This document shows positions 26,538 through 40,213 of a stretch of DNA of 64,000 nucleotides, in pieces (the first letter of the stretch is position 1; each line of letters begins with the position of its first letter). A program made the translations under genes and the position numbers. Location of the stretch: assembly GCA_951406725.2 (NCBI GenBank), contig OX597823.1:105648001-105712000 (forward strand). The letters run 5' to 3'. The notes under the pieces were generated by a model that was given only the letters and a program-made list of their open reading frames with translations, ran no database searches and was not told where the DNA came from. This DNA is from Octopus vulgaris. Its lineage: Eukaryota.

Positions 26538-27252
26538 TATATTATTATATGAACGAACGGCACGCATCCATTTCCATGTATGTATTTATTGTGGACGTAT
26601 GTGTGCGTCAGTGTGACTATGAATGTTAGTGTATGATTTACAAGTAGTGAAACTACGTGTAAATATGCACAAGAGATGCATATGAGCGTGTACTGCGTAG
26701 GAACATGTGTATTGTTCTACAGTTACAGTGTGTGCGATATCTACGTATCTGAGTCGGAGGATGTATGTTTGTTGGAGAGAGGAGGGTGTTTGAGCAAAAC
26801 GTGTAATATATATTTATGTATACATGTGTAAGCGTGCTTTCGAGTGTTTATGTTTAAGTACGTGCGTGTGTTCGCGCACGCGCGGATCTTCGGCTTTCGT
26901 GTGCGAGTTTGTTTAGAAGTAACATATGTAATTCTATATATCGATGAAGTTGTACATATATGCTTACATACGTATGTACTTACATAAACTTATGCATCTA
27001 CGTATGTGATGAAGATACAAACACACATGCACACATATACCTATAGAGATGCAGACAAATATGTATATATATATATGTATATATATATACACAATTTAAA
27101 ATATATATATATATGTGTGTGTGTATATATATATCTATATATACATACATAAATATATATATAGATACACACACATATATAAATATATATATACATATAT
27201 ATGTGTGAACATATCTATGCGTGTGTATATATATATATATATATATATACTT

Positions 27253-27284
<32 letters not shown>

Positions 27285-27353
27285 GAACATATTTATGTGC
27301 GTGTATATATATATATACACATATATATACATATATGTATGAACATATTTATA

Positions 27354-27386
<33 letters not shown>

Positions 27387-27498
27387 TTAGGAATATATGT
27401 GTGTGTGTGTATGTCAGACACTATATATGACAAAGTGTGTATATAAGCTGTAATATATTAGTATGTTAGTGAGTATTTGAAGAAATTTGGACGCATGA

Positions 27499-27531
<33 letters not shown>

Positions 27532-28072
27532 TGTGCGCGCGCGCGAGTGTGTGCTTGTGAGTGTGTGTGTGAGTGTACGTATGTGTATGCCTGTGTTTCA
27601 GTGCGTGCGGAAAATCATTTGTGGTAGTATTTCATAGTCTGGGAAAACTAAGTGTATTTTTTTCTTATTTTCAACATACCTATATGTGCGCATATTGGCG
27701 TAATATGCGTTAGTCGAACTGTACGTATGGTTGTGTGTATCATACACATATAAATATACGAATGTGCGTAAGAACATGTAGATGGATAAATAGCTAATTT
27801 GATATATAAATCGATACTTAGAAAGAAATATAGAGAAATTGGTAAAAACTATTGATTATGCACTGGCCGATCAATTGATGGATTGACTTACAGTCTGCAT
27901 GTATTGTAGATGTATGTATGTATATTTGTATGAATATATTTGTGTGTGCATGAATGTATGTATGTATATATGTATATATTACACATATGCGTATATGCTT
28001 TTAGGCGTATTTTATATTCACACGTATTCATACATATACATACATACATACATATATACAAATGCATGAATG

Positions 28073-28112
<40 letters not shown>

Positions 28113-28201
28113 AATGTTTATATGAGCATGTACGTGCGCGCATATAGATGTATATTTGTATGAATGTATATTCTCATACATGTACGTGCAGGCATACATA
28201 A

Positions 28202-28241
<40 letters not shown>

Positions 28242-28301
28242 ACACACTCACACACACACACACATATAAATATATATACATATACATAAATACACACGAT
28301 G

Positions 28302-28353
<52 letters not shown>

Positions 28354-28934
28354 GTATGCATACGTATGAGAGACAGAGAGAGGTGGGTGTGTACTTGACA
28401 AAAGAAATGTCAGATCTAAAAGCCAAAATCAATGGAAGTGAACAATTATATTAAGATATATTTAGTTATAATGAAATTCTCTTTTTCTATAGTCTCTCAC
28501 TCAGATATTTATGTGTCTATGTCTGTGCATGTGTTGATATAGCAAGAGCAGTGCAATGTGTGTATGTGTATGTGTATCTTATACGCTTAAAAACGTAGAG
28601 TGCACCACCACACATATAAGAACTCGCACACACATACAGATAAATGAAGACATACAAAGTACATACAGATAAATGAAGTACATACAGATACTACGTACAC
28701 AGAGATACAAATATACGTACAAACATAGAGGTAGACATACATACATATATGCATATATACAGTTATATTTACTAAGCACTTATTTATGTATGTAGAATCT
28801 GAAATATACATAATAAATTCACATACGTCCGTATATACAATAGCTATTACGAGAATTTTTAAAGTATATATACGTATATACATACATACATACATACATA
28901 TATACTTACATACATACACACACACATGCATACA

Positions 28935-29016
<82 letters not shown>

Positions 29017-29182
29017 CCGTATTTGCGACGATAACCTGGTGCTTGACTGAGGATAAAAGGCTTCGAATGACCCGTCCTTGTTTTTTTGTATCGTCTATCT
29101 GGATGTTTTGTTGTCCCTTTTTGTATCACCTAGCCGCCCGGATGGTTTGCATTCTTGTCCCTTATTTTATCGCAATTTGACT

Positions 29183-29246
<64 letters not shown>

Positions 29247-29268
29247 GTATTCTTGCATATGTTTGAAA

Positions 29269-29466
<198 letters not shown>

Positions 29467-29480
29467 CATCATTATTAATG

Positions 29481-29617
29481 ATAATGATTCTTTCTACTGT
29501 AGGCCTGAAACTTTGGAGTAGGAGGTAAGTCGATCACATCGACCGCAGTCATTGACTGGTGCATAATCTATCAACCCCGAAAGGACGATTTCAGAACGTA
29601 GTGACTGGTGAAATACC
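29481..29617 (-). mobile_element. SINE family B, old-tail copy, truncated by an adjacent younger copy
   Basis: Tail tttcaggcctacagtagaaagaatcatt on the minus strand; body matches the family. Confidence 0.75.
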
Positions 29618-29618
29618 A

Positions 29619-29844
29619 ATTTCTTTACTACCCACAAGGGGCTAAACACAGAAGGGACAAACAAGGACAGACAAACGGATTAAGTCAGTTATATCGTCCC
29701 CAGTGCGTAATTGGTACTTATTTAATCGACCCCGAAAGGATGAAAGGCAAAGTCGACCTCGGCGGAATTTGAACTCAGAACGTAACGGCAGACGAAATAC
29801 GGCTACGCATTTCGCCCGGCGTGCTAACGATTCTGCCAGCTCGC
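29619..29844 (-). mobile_element. SINE family B, Tx1-type tail
   Basis: Near-identical to 7144-7374. Confidence 0.93.
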
Positions 29845-30040
29845 GTTAGAACACCGTTTAAAATGCTTAATGGAATTTCGTCGTTTTTTCGCTCTGAGTT
29901 CAAATACCGCTAGGGTCGACATTGCTTTTCATCCTTCCGAGGTCGATGACATAAGTATCAGCTGTGCGCTGGGATCGACGTAAACAACTCACGCCATCCT
30001 CAGAAATTGCTGGCCTTGTGCAAAAATTTGAAACCAATAT
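29845..30040 (+). mobile_element. SINE family B, old-tail copy
   Basis: Body match; tail aaattgctggccttgtgcaaaaatttgaaaccaat. Confidence 0.82.
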
Positions 30041-30159
30041 CATCATTTTGTTGGTGCATCGAACAAAAGCGTAACAGCTTTTCTTCTTGCTTCATGTTCT
30101 GAGCCAAAATTCCGCCGAGATCCTGTACCAGCTGCGCACTGGCGTCGAGGTAATCGATT

Positions 30160-30750
30160 AGGAAACTTGAAGGAAACAAAGAGAATTTGATGAAGGAAAA
30201 AGGTGTCTCATCTCAATAATTTAAACCTCATCTATCACACAAACTTTTCCGCCATAGCTACTAAATAGAGGAAAACTACTTGCCCTTCCCGGCTCAAAGA
30301 AGGCGGCCGGGTTTTCTTCTCAAGGGAGTTGGTCAATAACCGGATCCGTCCTACACGTCATAACAGCTGTTCGATGTAACTCCACAAGTCAACAATGCTT
30401 GAGGGATATACGAGCGCGCGCAGAACAGTTTCGTCGCTGTGCGCCCAACTCGGGTACAACCATGCCTGTAGAGTTTATCCTGAGTCGACAATGATTTCGC
30501 CCCCGCACCACTAGTTCTGTAGCAGTGTCACGTCTAGGTTTTCAGAAATTATCCATGTATCCCGGCCCGAATGTTCTCCGGAACAAACTCACCAATTGAT
30601 TTTCATTGAAGACCATCTCTGATCGCTAGACTGATCCACCTCTGGTCTTCTATAGAATGTCATGGTGGAGCATCCAGCGACCGCATTGCATGTGTGCGCA
30701 CCTGATGGCACCCAAGGTACCAGGTGCCCTGCCTACGCATGATTTAGAAG
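30160..30750 (-). pseudogene. L1/Tx1-clade LINE ORF2 C-terminal relic (zf-RVT region)
   Basis: Minus strand LFRRTFGPGYMDNF, QDKLYRHG, SDETVLRALV..SIVDLWSYIEQLL*RVGRIRL, SLSREGQVVFLYLVAMA; overlaps in protein space with the 53246-53484 fragment. Confidence 0.78.
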
Positions 30751-31535
30751 TAATAAGTCCTGTGAAAGCACGCAATAAATATAAAACCACTATATGACAA
30801 TAATAAATTCAATATTTGCAGCTTTTAGAATGTAGGTGTGTGAGTTGTATCATTTGTTATGGCTGAGTCAAGGTTCTTTCTATTAGAAACAGTACTATAA
30901 TCACTAAAGTTCCTTCAGTAGCGATGCTGTCTTAATTTATGTCATCCTGTATCCACAAACTCTTTTTGCAATATAAATCCGCAAGTAGTAACATTATATA
31001 CACCATAAGTTTTAATGATACGTAAATTATCTGTTATTGTAATTTGTTCCTCCTAATTAACAGTTTATATTCAAATTACTCCTACAACGCCTAATCATTT
31101 GTATTTTCTGAAATTGTTTCTGTTTTATCTATTGCAATTTCAACATAATCTCTCTTATATAATCGAGACAATTAACACACAATTATCCTCTGAAAACCAC
31201 GTTACGTTATACATTAAGCATTCATACTCTAAATTAGATACTAACTTAGCAACGCTTGCGTTAACAGAGTACATACTTGATTTCTTCGCCAAAAAACGTC
31301 TAACGTAAAATATATTTACATTAAGCTATTTGCACTAATAATCAAGTTGAAAACACTAAATACTAATATTGATATAGTATAGCAGACTGGTTGTTAATCC
31401 TATCTTCTTTTCTAGTTTTTTAAAAATATTATGTTGGCTGTTAAGTTGTGAGGGTTGACAATAGCCTCTGTAAGATTCGTTTGAGAGGGCAACTATATTT
31501 ACCACCGCACTGTATATATGTACATTCAATGAATT

Positions 31536-31744
31536 AATATTGTTCAAATGGCGCAAGGCCTGCAGTTCTGAGGGGACGGGTCTAGTCGATCACATCGATC
31601 TCAGTGCTCGATTGATTCTTATTTTAGCAAAGTCCGAAAAGTTGAAATGCAAAGTTGACCTCAGCGGAATTTGATTGCAAAGACGGATGAAATGGCGATA
31701 AGCACTCGGTCCAGTTCACTAATGATTTTACCAGCTGACCGCTT
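31536..31744 (-). mobile_element. SINE family B, old-tail copy, decayed
   Basis: Body motifs gcaaagttgacctcagcggaatttga and gtcgatcacatcga. Confidence 0.75.
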
Positions 31745-31894
31745 TCCTTCGTGTAATATTGATATTAATATGACATGCGGATCATTGCATATTGAATATT
31801 CGTTGATTCACACTAAAAGTCGAAATAGGAAAGATAAGCAAGTTGAGGGACTAACAGACAGGAGAAGCGTCTGATTTGGGCAAATCCTGAAGTA

Positions 31895-31955
31895 GCTTAC
31901 TGATGAGGCTGAATATTCCTGCGGGAAATTTTCAGAAAGAAAGCAGCTGACACGT
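31895..31955 (+). ncRNA. Degenerate hammerhead-ribozyme-like motif (Penelope-type)
   Basis: CTGATGA (31900-31906), long imperfect stem II ctgaa..ttcc/ggaa..ttcag, GAAA (31939-31942), palindromic cagctg stem III; stem I not recoverable. Confidence 0.35.
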
Positions 31956-32362
31956 ATAAACCTCGGCCCAGAAAGTTCTAAAATCTGTTTAGCGGGGAAA
32001 TTTGCGCCCTTTTCAGAAACTTCCCGCTTACCTATAAATAAGCTATTGGTGAAACTATATTTGCGAAGGCGTTAATACCATTTATACTGACATTCCTTTT
32101 TATCGAAAATCTTTAGTTCACAAACCAATTGAAAAATAAACACGGAATTGGATTGTTCATTGAAATTCTTTGGAATTAGCACTGATATGGAGAGGTTTAA
32201 TAATTGAAAATTAAGCAATGGAAAGATAAAAGATGGAACGAAGAGAATACACACACCTGCGATCACGCCCAAGCATACATACATTACTTACACATACGCA
32301 TACAGATAGGTGTGTGCGTGTATTTATTATGATACATATAATGATATATATATATATTGTAT

Positions 32363-32531
32363 TCTTTTCATTTACTCTTTTACAGGTTTTAGTCATTTTA
32401 CTGCGGCCATGCTGGAGCACCGCCTTTATTCGCATGAACCGACCCCAGGACTTATTCTTCGTAAGCCTAATACTTATTCTACCGGTTTCTTTTGCCGAAC
32501 CGCTCAGTTACAGGAACGTAAACACACCGAC
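32363..32531 (-). mobile_element. SINE family A, 3' half
   Basis: Family match; an opposite-orientation 3' fragment lies at 32701-32800. Confidence 0.88.
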
Positions 32532-32879
32532 ATGATAAAGGCTGGAAGTTATATCAGCCAAAACAAAATGAGGAAAAATATCCGTCAAATGTGAATAATA
32601 TAAATAATGTAAATATAAGTAATTTATTGCACATAAATTTTAACAACGAAATATTATATGGACCCTTAAGGGTGATGTGGACCCCAGTTGAAACCACTTG
32701 AATAAGTACCAGGCTTTAAAAGAAATAAGTACTAAAAATTCTTCAAGGCGGTGCCCCAGCATAGCCGCAGTCTAATGTCTGAAGCAAACAAAAATTAAAA
32801 GATATATATACATACGTACACACGCATGTGAATATGTATGAATTTACATGTGCGTGCGTGTTTGTATGTATGTATGCCC

Positions 32880-32953
<74 letters not shown>

Positions 32954-33939
32954 GCATCTTCTCGCGTGAATGTGTAAGCGTATGCAATCTGCCTGTAATA
33001 AACGCAAGTTGCGATATCTTCAATTGAAGCTAAAGACAAGCGTTAGCTTGAAGCCAGTTAGCAGAAAACATGTACCGGAAGTTAGAAGCCAGAAGCCAAA
33101 AGCCAGAAGATTTGAATGGAGAGTACAACTGCCCTCTCAACGGCCATTAACTATTGTTTTACAATAACACCTCAATGAATAAAAAATATATCTAAAAACA
33201 TAGAAAACCAAAAAAAATATGCTATCTTACAGACCGACATATATTTATGGAATTAGACGGAACATGGGACAGATTTACTTAAACCATTTCATCAAAGTGT
33301 AAAAGACTGTTCGTGCTTGGTGGCGTAAGTTTGCCAAATTCTATCGCCGATGCCAAGTTGAATGAACCAATAGAATAATAATATCAACAACAATAACAAT
33401 AACAACAACAACAACAAAGTGATAAACTGAAGGAAAACAAAAGAAAAACAGTGTAAAATATAAAAATACAAAACAACAAAAAATAGTTCATAGAGTTCGC
33501 AATCAGTTCAGCTAGTGCCGAGACAGTATTGATTGTAACATATAAAATTATCTATGAGAGAATGAAGTAAATTGAAATAGACCATGTATTGGCAGAAACA
33601 GTGGTGGCGGTGGTGGTGGTGGCAAGGGTTGTTGGTCGTAGTCTTGGAGGTGGTGCTGTGGTGGTGGTGGTGGTGGTTAGAGATATGTGGTGGTGGTGGT
33701 GGTTCAGCTGCAGATATTGTATAGTGATGATGATAATCGGAGAATGGTTGTGGCTGTTGTTTTGTGGTGGTGGTGGTGGTAGCAGTGATAGGAGGGTGGT
33801 AGTGTCGGTTGTAGTGGTGATTGCTTTGGGTGATGGAAGCAGTGGTAGTAGCCACGGTAGTGTTGGCGATGGTGATATTAATATTGATGATGGTATAGCT
33901 GCTCTTGTCAATGGTGGTGCTGGCGGTGTAAGTATTTTC

Positions 33940-34130
33940 GTTGTTGTTGTTGTTCTCTACCCCTTGTCAGTTTCTGACCGAGAAGACCTACGATCAAAGG
34001 CAATCCAATAATAACCATCCTGTCTTTTTGTTTACCAGTAACTACGTTATCCGATGAAATCTTCCCGTTTTGGGAATCACAGGATATGATTTGAGGAAAT
34101 TTAGTTACTATTTCTAGCAAGTTCCTTGGT
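33940..34130 (-). mobile_element. Old (CAA)n-tailed repeat, family C
   Basis: (GTT)n + gtcagtttctgaccgagaagacctacgatcaaaggc...tgatttgaggaaatttagttactatttctagca. Confidence 0.55.
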
Positions 34131-34904
34131 TAGTATTTGACGTCTTTGCGAACGCTGTATGGCTTTTAGTGGAGGTGGTGACGGTGGCTTGTCTTAGTGT
34201 TTGGCGGGGGTGGTAATGATGGCCATCGTTATTTTTGCTGTGGCTATGCTCACGGCCAACTCTGACGTACAGCAAGACTATGTTCAAAGGCGTTCCAGCC
34301 ACGACTGTCCCATCATTTTTCATGTATGTTTCCGCAGTATTCTGGATGCAAAACTAATCTTAATATCAAATGCGTAACTGAGCTTGCCATCAAAACTAAT
34401 TTCTGTAACAATTCGATAAAGATGGTCTGCATTTACTACTTCCTGTCTTTCAATAACGATTGGTTGATACAAAACTTTAGAGAGACGACGATAATTTTTA
34501 ACTGAACATAGTGCCTGCGACTCATAAGTCCTACCGAGTAATATTTCTCTCATTAATATATCTGTGATCTTGGTCATAGCTTTGAAGTGCGTCACATATA
34601 TGTATATATGTATGTACTCACGTATGTGTGTATGTACTTATGTATATATGTATGTATGTATGTATATATGTATGTATGTATGTGTATACGTATGTGTGTA
34701 TGTATGTAGGTATGTATGTATTTGTGTATGTATTTAAGTACGCGCATGCATGCATGTATATGTGTGTGTGTGTGCGTGTATATATATATGTTTCTATATG
34801 TATATATAAAATATATATTTAAATAAATATATTTGCATCTATCTACGTGTGTGTGGGTGTTTCTATATATATATATATACATATATACACACACACACAC
34901 ACAT

Positions 34905-34954
<50 letters not shown>

Positions 34955-34963
34955 CTATCTATA

Positions 34964-34994
<31 letters not shown>

Positions 34995-35635
34995 GCATGT
35001 ATATATACATTCATATATGCAATCATTTGTATATACATACACATGTACACCCCCTACACCCACATAAACATATTATGAATATGATTGTAGTCGAAGTAAA
35101 AGAAACAGAATAAATAGAATGCAAAAACTAAAAGATTAAATTGTATTAAAATAATATCGTCATATTGATCAATGCTCTCTATAGATAAACGTCGCGCCAT
35201 TTCATTTGCTATCGCTTACAGGTCGCCATGTTTCTTTCTATTTTTATTTTAATTTTTCCTTGCCTGATTTTTTTTCTTTCATTTCACTTAACTGCTACAA
35301 CTTAAGTTATAAACACACTTAAACGCACAGAAACACATTCCTATATGCATCACAGACATACACATGTGTACTTGCATAGACACACACACACGCAATTATA
35401 CGCGCGCGCGCACACATGCTCACACTGACGCACACACACATATACCTACCTAACTGCCTACTGACATACGCCCATAATATCTACTTGTGTATATATTTGT
35501 AAACAGACACGTTTCTATACATAACTATACATGAATGAATGTGCACAAACACACACACATACACACACATGCCCTCACCTAAACACTTACATATGGGTAT
35601 ACCCATACACATATATACATGTACTGAAATACACA

Positions 35636-35715
<80 letters not shown>

Positions 35716-35735
35716 CACACACACATATACATATA

Positions 35736-35956
35736 TATAGGCTGCGATAGGTAAATTGTCATCATTTTATATTTTTAATTACGCGCATTCGCATGGTTTG
35801 TTATTGATTTTGTCGGCTACACAGCATAGTAGGATCAGTTGGGCACCGTCTGTGAGAAAAACAACACCATAACGCAATTCACTCTGCCAGAAATTTGGAA
35901 ACGACATGCTGTACTGTTTGGCATTCGCGCCGGAAGCTCCAATACGAACATTTCAG
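35736..35956 (+). mobile_element. 5' fragment of a Tc1/mariner-superfamily transposon
   Basis: Begins at a TA inside a TA run with a cagggtg-like end (ta-taggctgcg); encodes TQFTLPEIWKRHAVLFGIRAGSSNTNIS, an HTH-like transposase N-terminus. Confidence 0.5.
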
Positions 35957-36254
35957 CTGATTCCAATAGCCATTATAGTTTCGTTCATTAATTGTTTTCC
36001 TCAGTCGATCCATTGTTCGGTTGAGAAAAATTGAACGACTTTGAGAATTAATGCTACACTCAGCAAACTCAACCACAGTTGTACAATATAGAATGGGGAT
36101 TAACTATAACCACATGAATACAAGGAATTCTTTACTAATTCAAGAAGATTTTGTTAGCCTGGTGTACTAACAGAGAGTTTATAACATATTTTGCCTGGAT
36201 TTATAATCCCTCATTAATAACTTTGCCTCTGTGAGTGTATACATACATACATAC

Positions 36255-36310
<56 letters not shown>

Positions 36311-36311
<1 letters not shown>

Positions 36312-36503
36312 TTTCTTTACTGCCCACAAGGAGATAAACATAGAGGGGACAAACAAGGACAGACAAAGGGATTAAGTCGATTACATAGACTCCAGTGCGA
36401 AACTGGTACTTTATTTATCGACCCCGAAAGGATGAAAGGCAAAGTCGACCTTGGCGGAATTTGAACTCAGAACGTAATGTCAGACGAAATAACGCTAAGC
36501 ATT
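36311..36503 (-). mobile_element. SINE family B, Tx1-type tail, 5'-truncated, inside (TA)n
   Basis: Family match; (TA)n on both sides. Confidence 0.92.
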
Positions 36504-36679
36504 ATATATATATATGAAGCAAAACGATGTGCTGTTGTGATGTGCTGCCTAGTAGAAGTGAAAAGTCCATTTAAACTCTTCAAGAACAATAGAAAATAGG
36601 GTTAAAATGCTGCAAACTTCTGAATTCTTTAACCTGAATATAAATCGTATTTGCGAAATCCTGCCGTAACTGTAAATTC

Positions 36680-36835
36680 GTAAACAATAATCCCCGAAAG
36701 CTTGGAATTTAAAGCTAAGATAAAGATCAACCGATAATGGTTATGAAACTTTAATCCATACGCGCGATAAGTGGTAGTCTATAAACTTATAAGCGATAAC
36801 CCATAATCCATAAACCACAAAGGGAGATTATCATA
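36680..36835. promoter_or_regulatory. Candidate enhancer: GATA/TAATCC homotypic cluster
   Basis: Five GATAA cores, three TAATCC, one GTAAACA and one AACCACA in about 155 bp of non-microsatellite sequence. Confidence 0.3.
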
Positions 36836-37443
36836 GCTTTACAATTAACCAAAGTTCTGAAAACAAGTGTTTACATGCATACTTAAATATCTACTTACTT
36901 CATGTATAGACACACACGCACACACACATACTTTTACTTGCATATTCCACACAAGCACACGTATATGTACGTCCACACCCACACACTTACGGACACACGC
37001 TTGCGCTTGTCGAAGAAGACTTACTGTACCACCATACTTATTAAAGGTGATAGCAGGCTGATATAAAATAGGACAGAGAAACAAATGTATACTGCCAGGT
37101 GTTAGTTTGTAGTCTAACTTAAGCCCATTGTGATACATACTAACAGAATATCAAGCCAACAAATGAGCCTCTGTATGGTCGTTCGACCTGCTAAAAACAA
37201 TAGCCAAATCTTCCTTATCTGCTAACTGCTATCTTGAATAAAAAGAAGTACGTTAGATAATATAGTCCTGAATATATTTGAAATACTGGTTGGAATGTCG
37301 TTGATCATAGTCTTAGATAGAATGGGTGAAAGTAAAACAAGTTCACATCAATCGAATTGGATATTCTGTGTCTAGAAACAGCTTTTGTCTTTTGTTTCCT
37401 CTTTTACTTCTTGTTGATGACTTAATGATGTATGGCGAAGAAT

Positions 37444-37665
37444 ATAATTCTTTCTAATTTTGGCAGAAAGCCAGCAGTTTTGAGACGTGAGCTCAAGATG
37501 GTTACATCTTTACCAGTACTTGACTGGTACTTATTTTATCGACCCCCAGAGAATGTAAGGCAAGTAAAACCTCTGTTAATTTTGAAATTAGTGAGTAAAG
37601 ATCTGGAAGAAATCCCGCTAAGCATTTCGTCCGGCACGTTAATCCTTCTGCCAATACGCTGCCTT
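37444..37665 (-). mobile_element. SINE family B, old-tail copy, decayed
   Basis: gactggtacttattttatcgacccc...cgctaagcatttcgtccggcacg. Confidence 0.75.
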
Positions 37666-38039
37666 GCTGGAGTATATAACACGGAGTAGAACTCATTAAC
37701 CAATATCCTTAGAACATGCGTTGTCTAGCGGTTCGCCAATAGGTTGTTGATCATAATATCTTCTGTTTTAAACTTGTTTTCTTGTCCAGCAGGCGCATTG
37801 TGTCCTTGGGCAAGGTTCTTTACTTCCCATTGCTCCAGTTTACTCCGATGGCAAAAAGAAGCACTGTATATGACAGTGTCTAGTCGGTGTGAAATTAGTG
37901 CAGTAGCGTTAACGAGATCATGGTACAAAAATAAAGAACGTATTCAAGTTTTAAGAAGAGTACATTCAGTAAATTTAGAGATCCTGTCTTCATCCAATTA
38001 TGAAAATATGCAAAATCCAGAGGAATTTTTCTACTACGG

Positions 38040-38300
38040 GTAAACATCCATCTCTCCCTTTTCTCCATTCTAGGATGATCGTGGGGTAGATTCCTTAGGC
38101 ACCTCCGCCATACAGTTCTGTCAGAAGCAACTGTCATTAATGTTTCCGGTTGGATTCCTAAGGGTGATCAATTGAGATAATCGATATTATCCAGCTATCC
38201 CGTTCTTGGTCTATACCAAGATTTCCTGCCAGGAAACGTAATTATCAATACCTTCCAAATAAACTATTCAAGCCAGGTTAGAGCTAAAGGCGGCGTCTTT
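38040..38300 (-). pseudogene. RTE-clade (Expander/Rex3-like) LINE C-terminal relic
   Basis: Minus strand PGRKSWYRPRTG*LDNIDYLN*SPLGIQPETLMTVASDRTVWRRCLRNLP, the GRPRTRW...LGI...DRxxW pattern. Confidence 0.7.
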
Positions 38301-39485
38301 GATAAAATATCGCGTTAAAACGAAAGTTATGTCAATACAAGCTTATCCAGGTGAGAAATTATCGCTATCTTTGACACGATGAAACTGTTAAAAATCAGTG
38401 CCCAGCCAGGTGAGAACTGTAACTAGCTTTGACCAAAAGTTCTTGTTAGCTTGGACAAACGATTCAATAGAGAAGCAGCAGCAGCAGCAGCAGCAGCAAA
38501 TAGATACTTGAGAGAATATACAAAAATATAACCACCACCACAACCACCACCACCACCACAACAACAACAACAATCACTACCACCATCACCACCACCACCA
38601 CCAGCCGTTCAAGAATTTGGACCTGGAGATCTCCATTTCCAGCGACTTCGAGGGCCACCTCCCAGTGGTGTCGGGCGTCAACGAAGAGCCTTCGACTATA
38701 ACAAGACTAACAAAGTTTTTTTTCCCAAGGTCTGGGGTCTCCCGCCCCTAAGCCCTAGACCATCACCTAAACACCCTTACCCGTCTTGTTGCTTAACAAC
38801 AACAACAACCACCACCACCACCAACAACAACAGCAACAACTACAACAACATTGTTACTACTATCATCATCAGCATCACAAGTACTATCATTAGGGTCAGG
38901 AAAATGACGACAACTACGACCCCAACTTTCATCGCCATCATCGTCACCATCAAGAAGGCTACAATCATGGCTTCATGCATTAGCATCATCATAACCCTCT
39001 ATAACCACAACCACCATCATCACCACCACCACCACCACCACCACCATCACCACCACCACCACCACTATCGTCACTATCGTCACTATTACTGCCGTTGCTC
39101 CCACCTCTGCCGCTCCCACCACCACCACCGCTCACACCACTGCCGTTCCCACCGCCGATATCGCCGCCCCCACCGTCGCTGCCGCCATTGCCTCTGTCCC
39201 CTCAGGCGCCACCGCCGCCACTATCGTCTACAGACAGCACTCACCCCACCCTCAAGTCAACCCACTCTTTCTCTCACACCTTACCCCCTCACAAACAATA
39301 TCACCATCAAAGATGAAATATTCCTATTAGACAGAGGTAATTCAGTGCTTTAACTTCAATAATGAAATTTATTTGTTCATATTTTCATTTGAAAATTGAA
39401 GAATATTGATTTTCATGAAATACGCCCCACCCTAATCATCTCCAACGCACCCCGCCACTAACTTAATTTTTCATAATACTAGTAA

Positions 39486-39740
<255 letters not shown>

Positions 39741-39871
39741 AGAGAGATCATAGAATCAACACTATCAGTGTTTGTTATACATTCTCACCACTTCCGCTGG
39801 CTACTATTGCCTTATACAGAAAATTCATCAGAATAATTTAGAATAACACGGAAAATTACAATGCTGATTGT

Positions 39872-39904
<33 letters not shown>

Positions 39905-40028
39905 ATTGTTGTTGTTGTTTATTTCTTTTTCCTTGTGTTTGCTTGGTTTAATTTTATCTGTTTTTGAATCTGTATGTATGTATGTCTCGTCTATGTTTAA
40001 TCTTTTAACTTTTTTGTATGTATGTATG

Positions 40029-40059
<31 letters not shown>

Positions 40060-40168
40060 TTATGTATGTATGTATGTATGTATGTATGTATGTATGTATG
40101 TATGCGTGTATTGTGTATGTATGCATCTGTCTATCTATCTACCTATCAATCTATCTACCTATTAATCA

Positions 40169-40213
<45 letters not shown>

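Noticed and set aside
34320-34595. 91-aa non-repetitive minus-strand ORF
   Set aside because: Non-ATG start at a microsatellite edge and no recognisable family.
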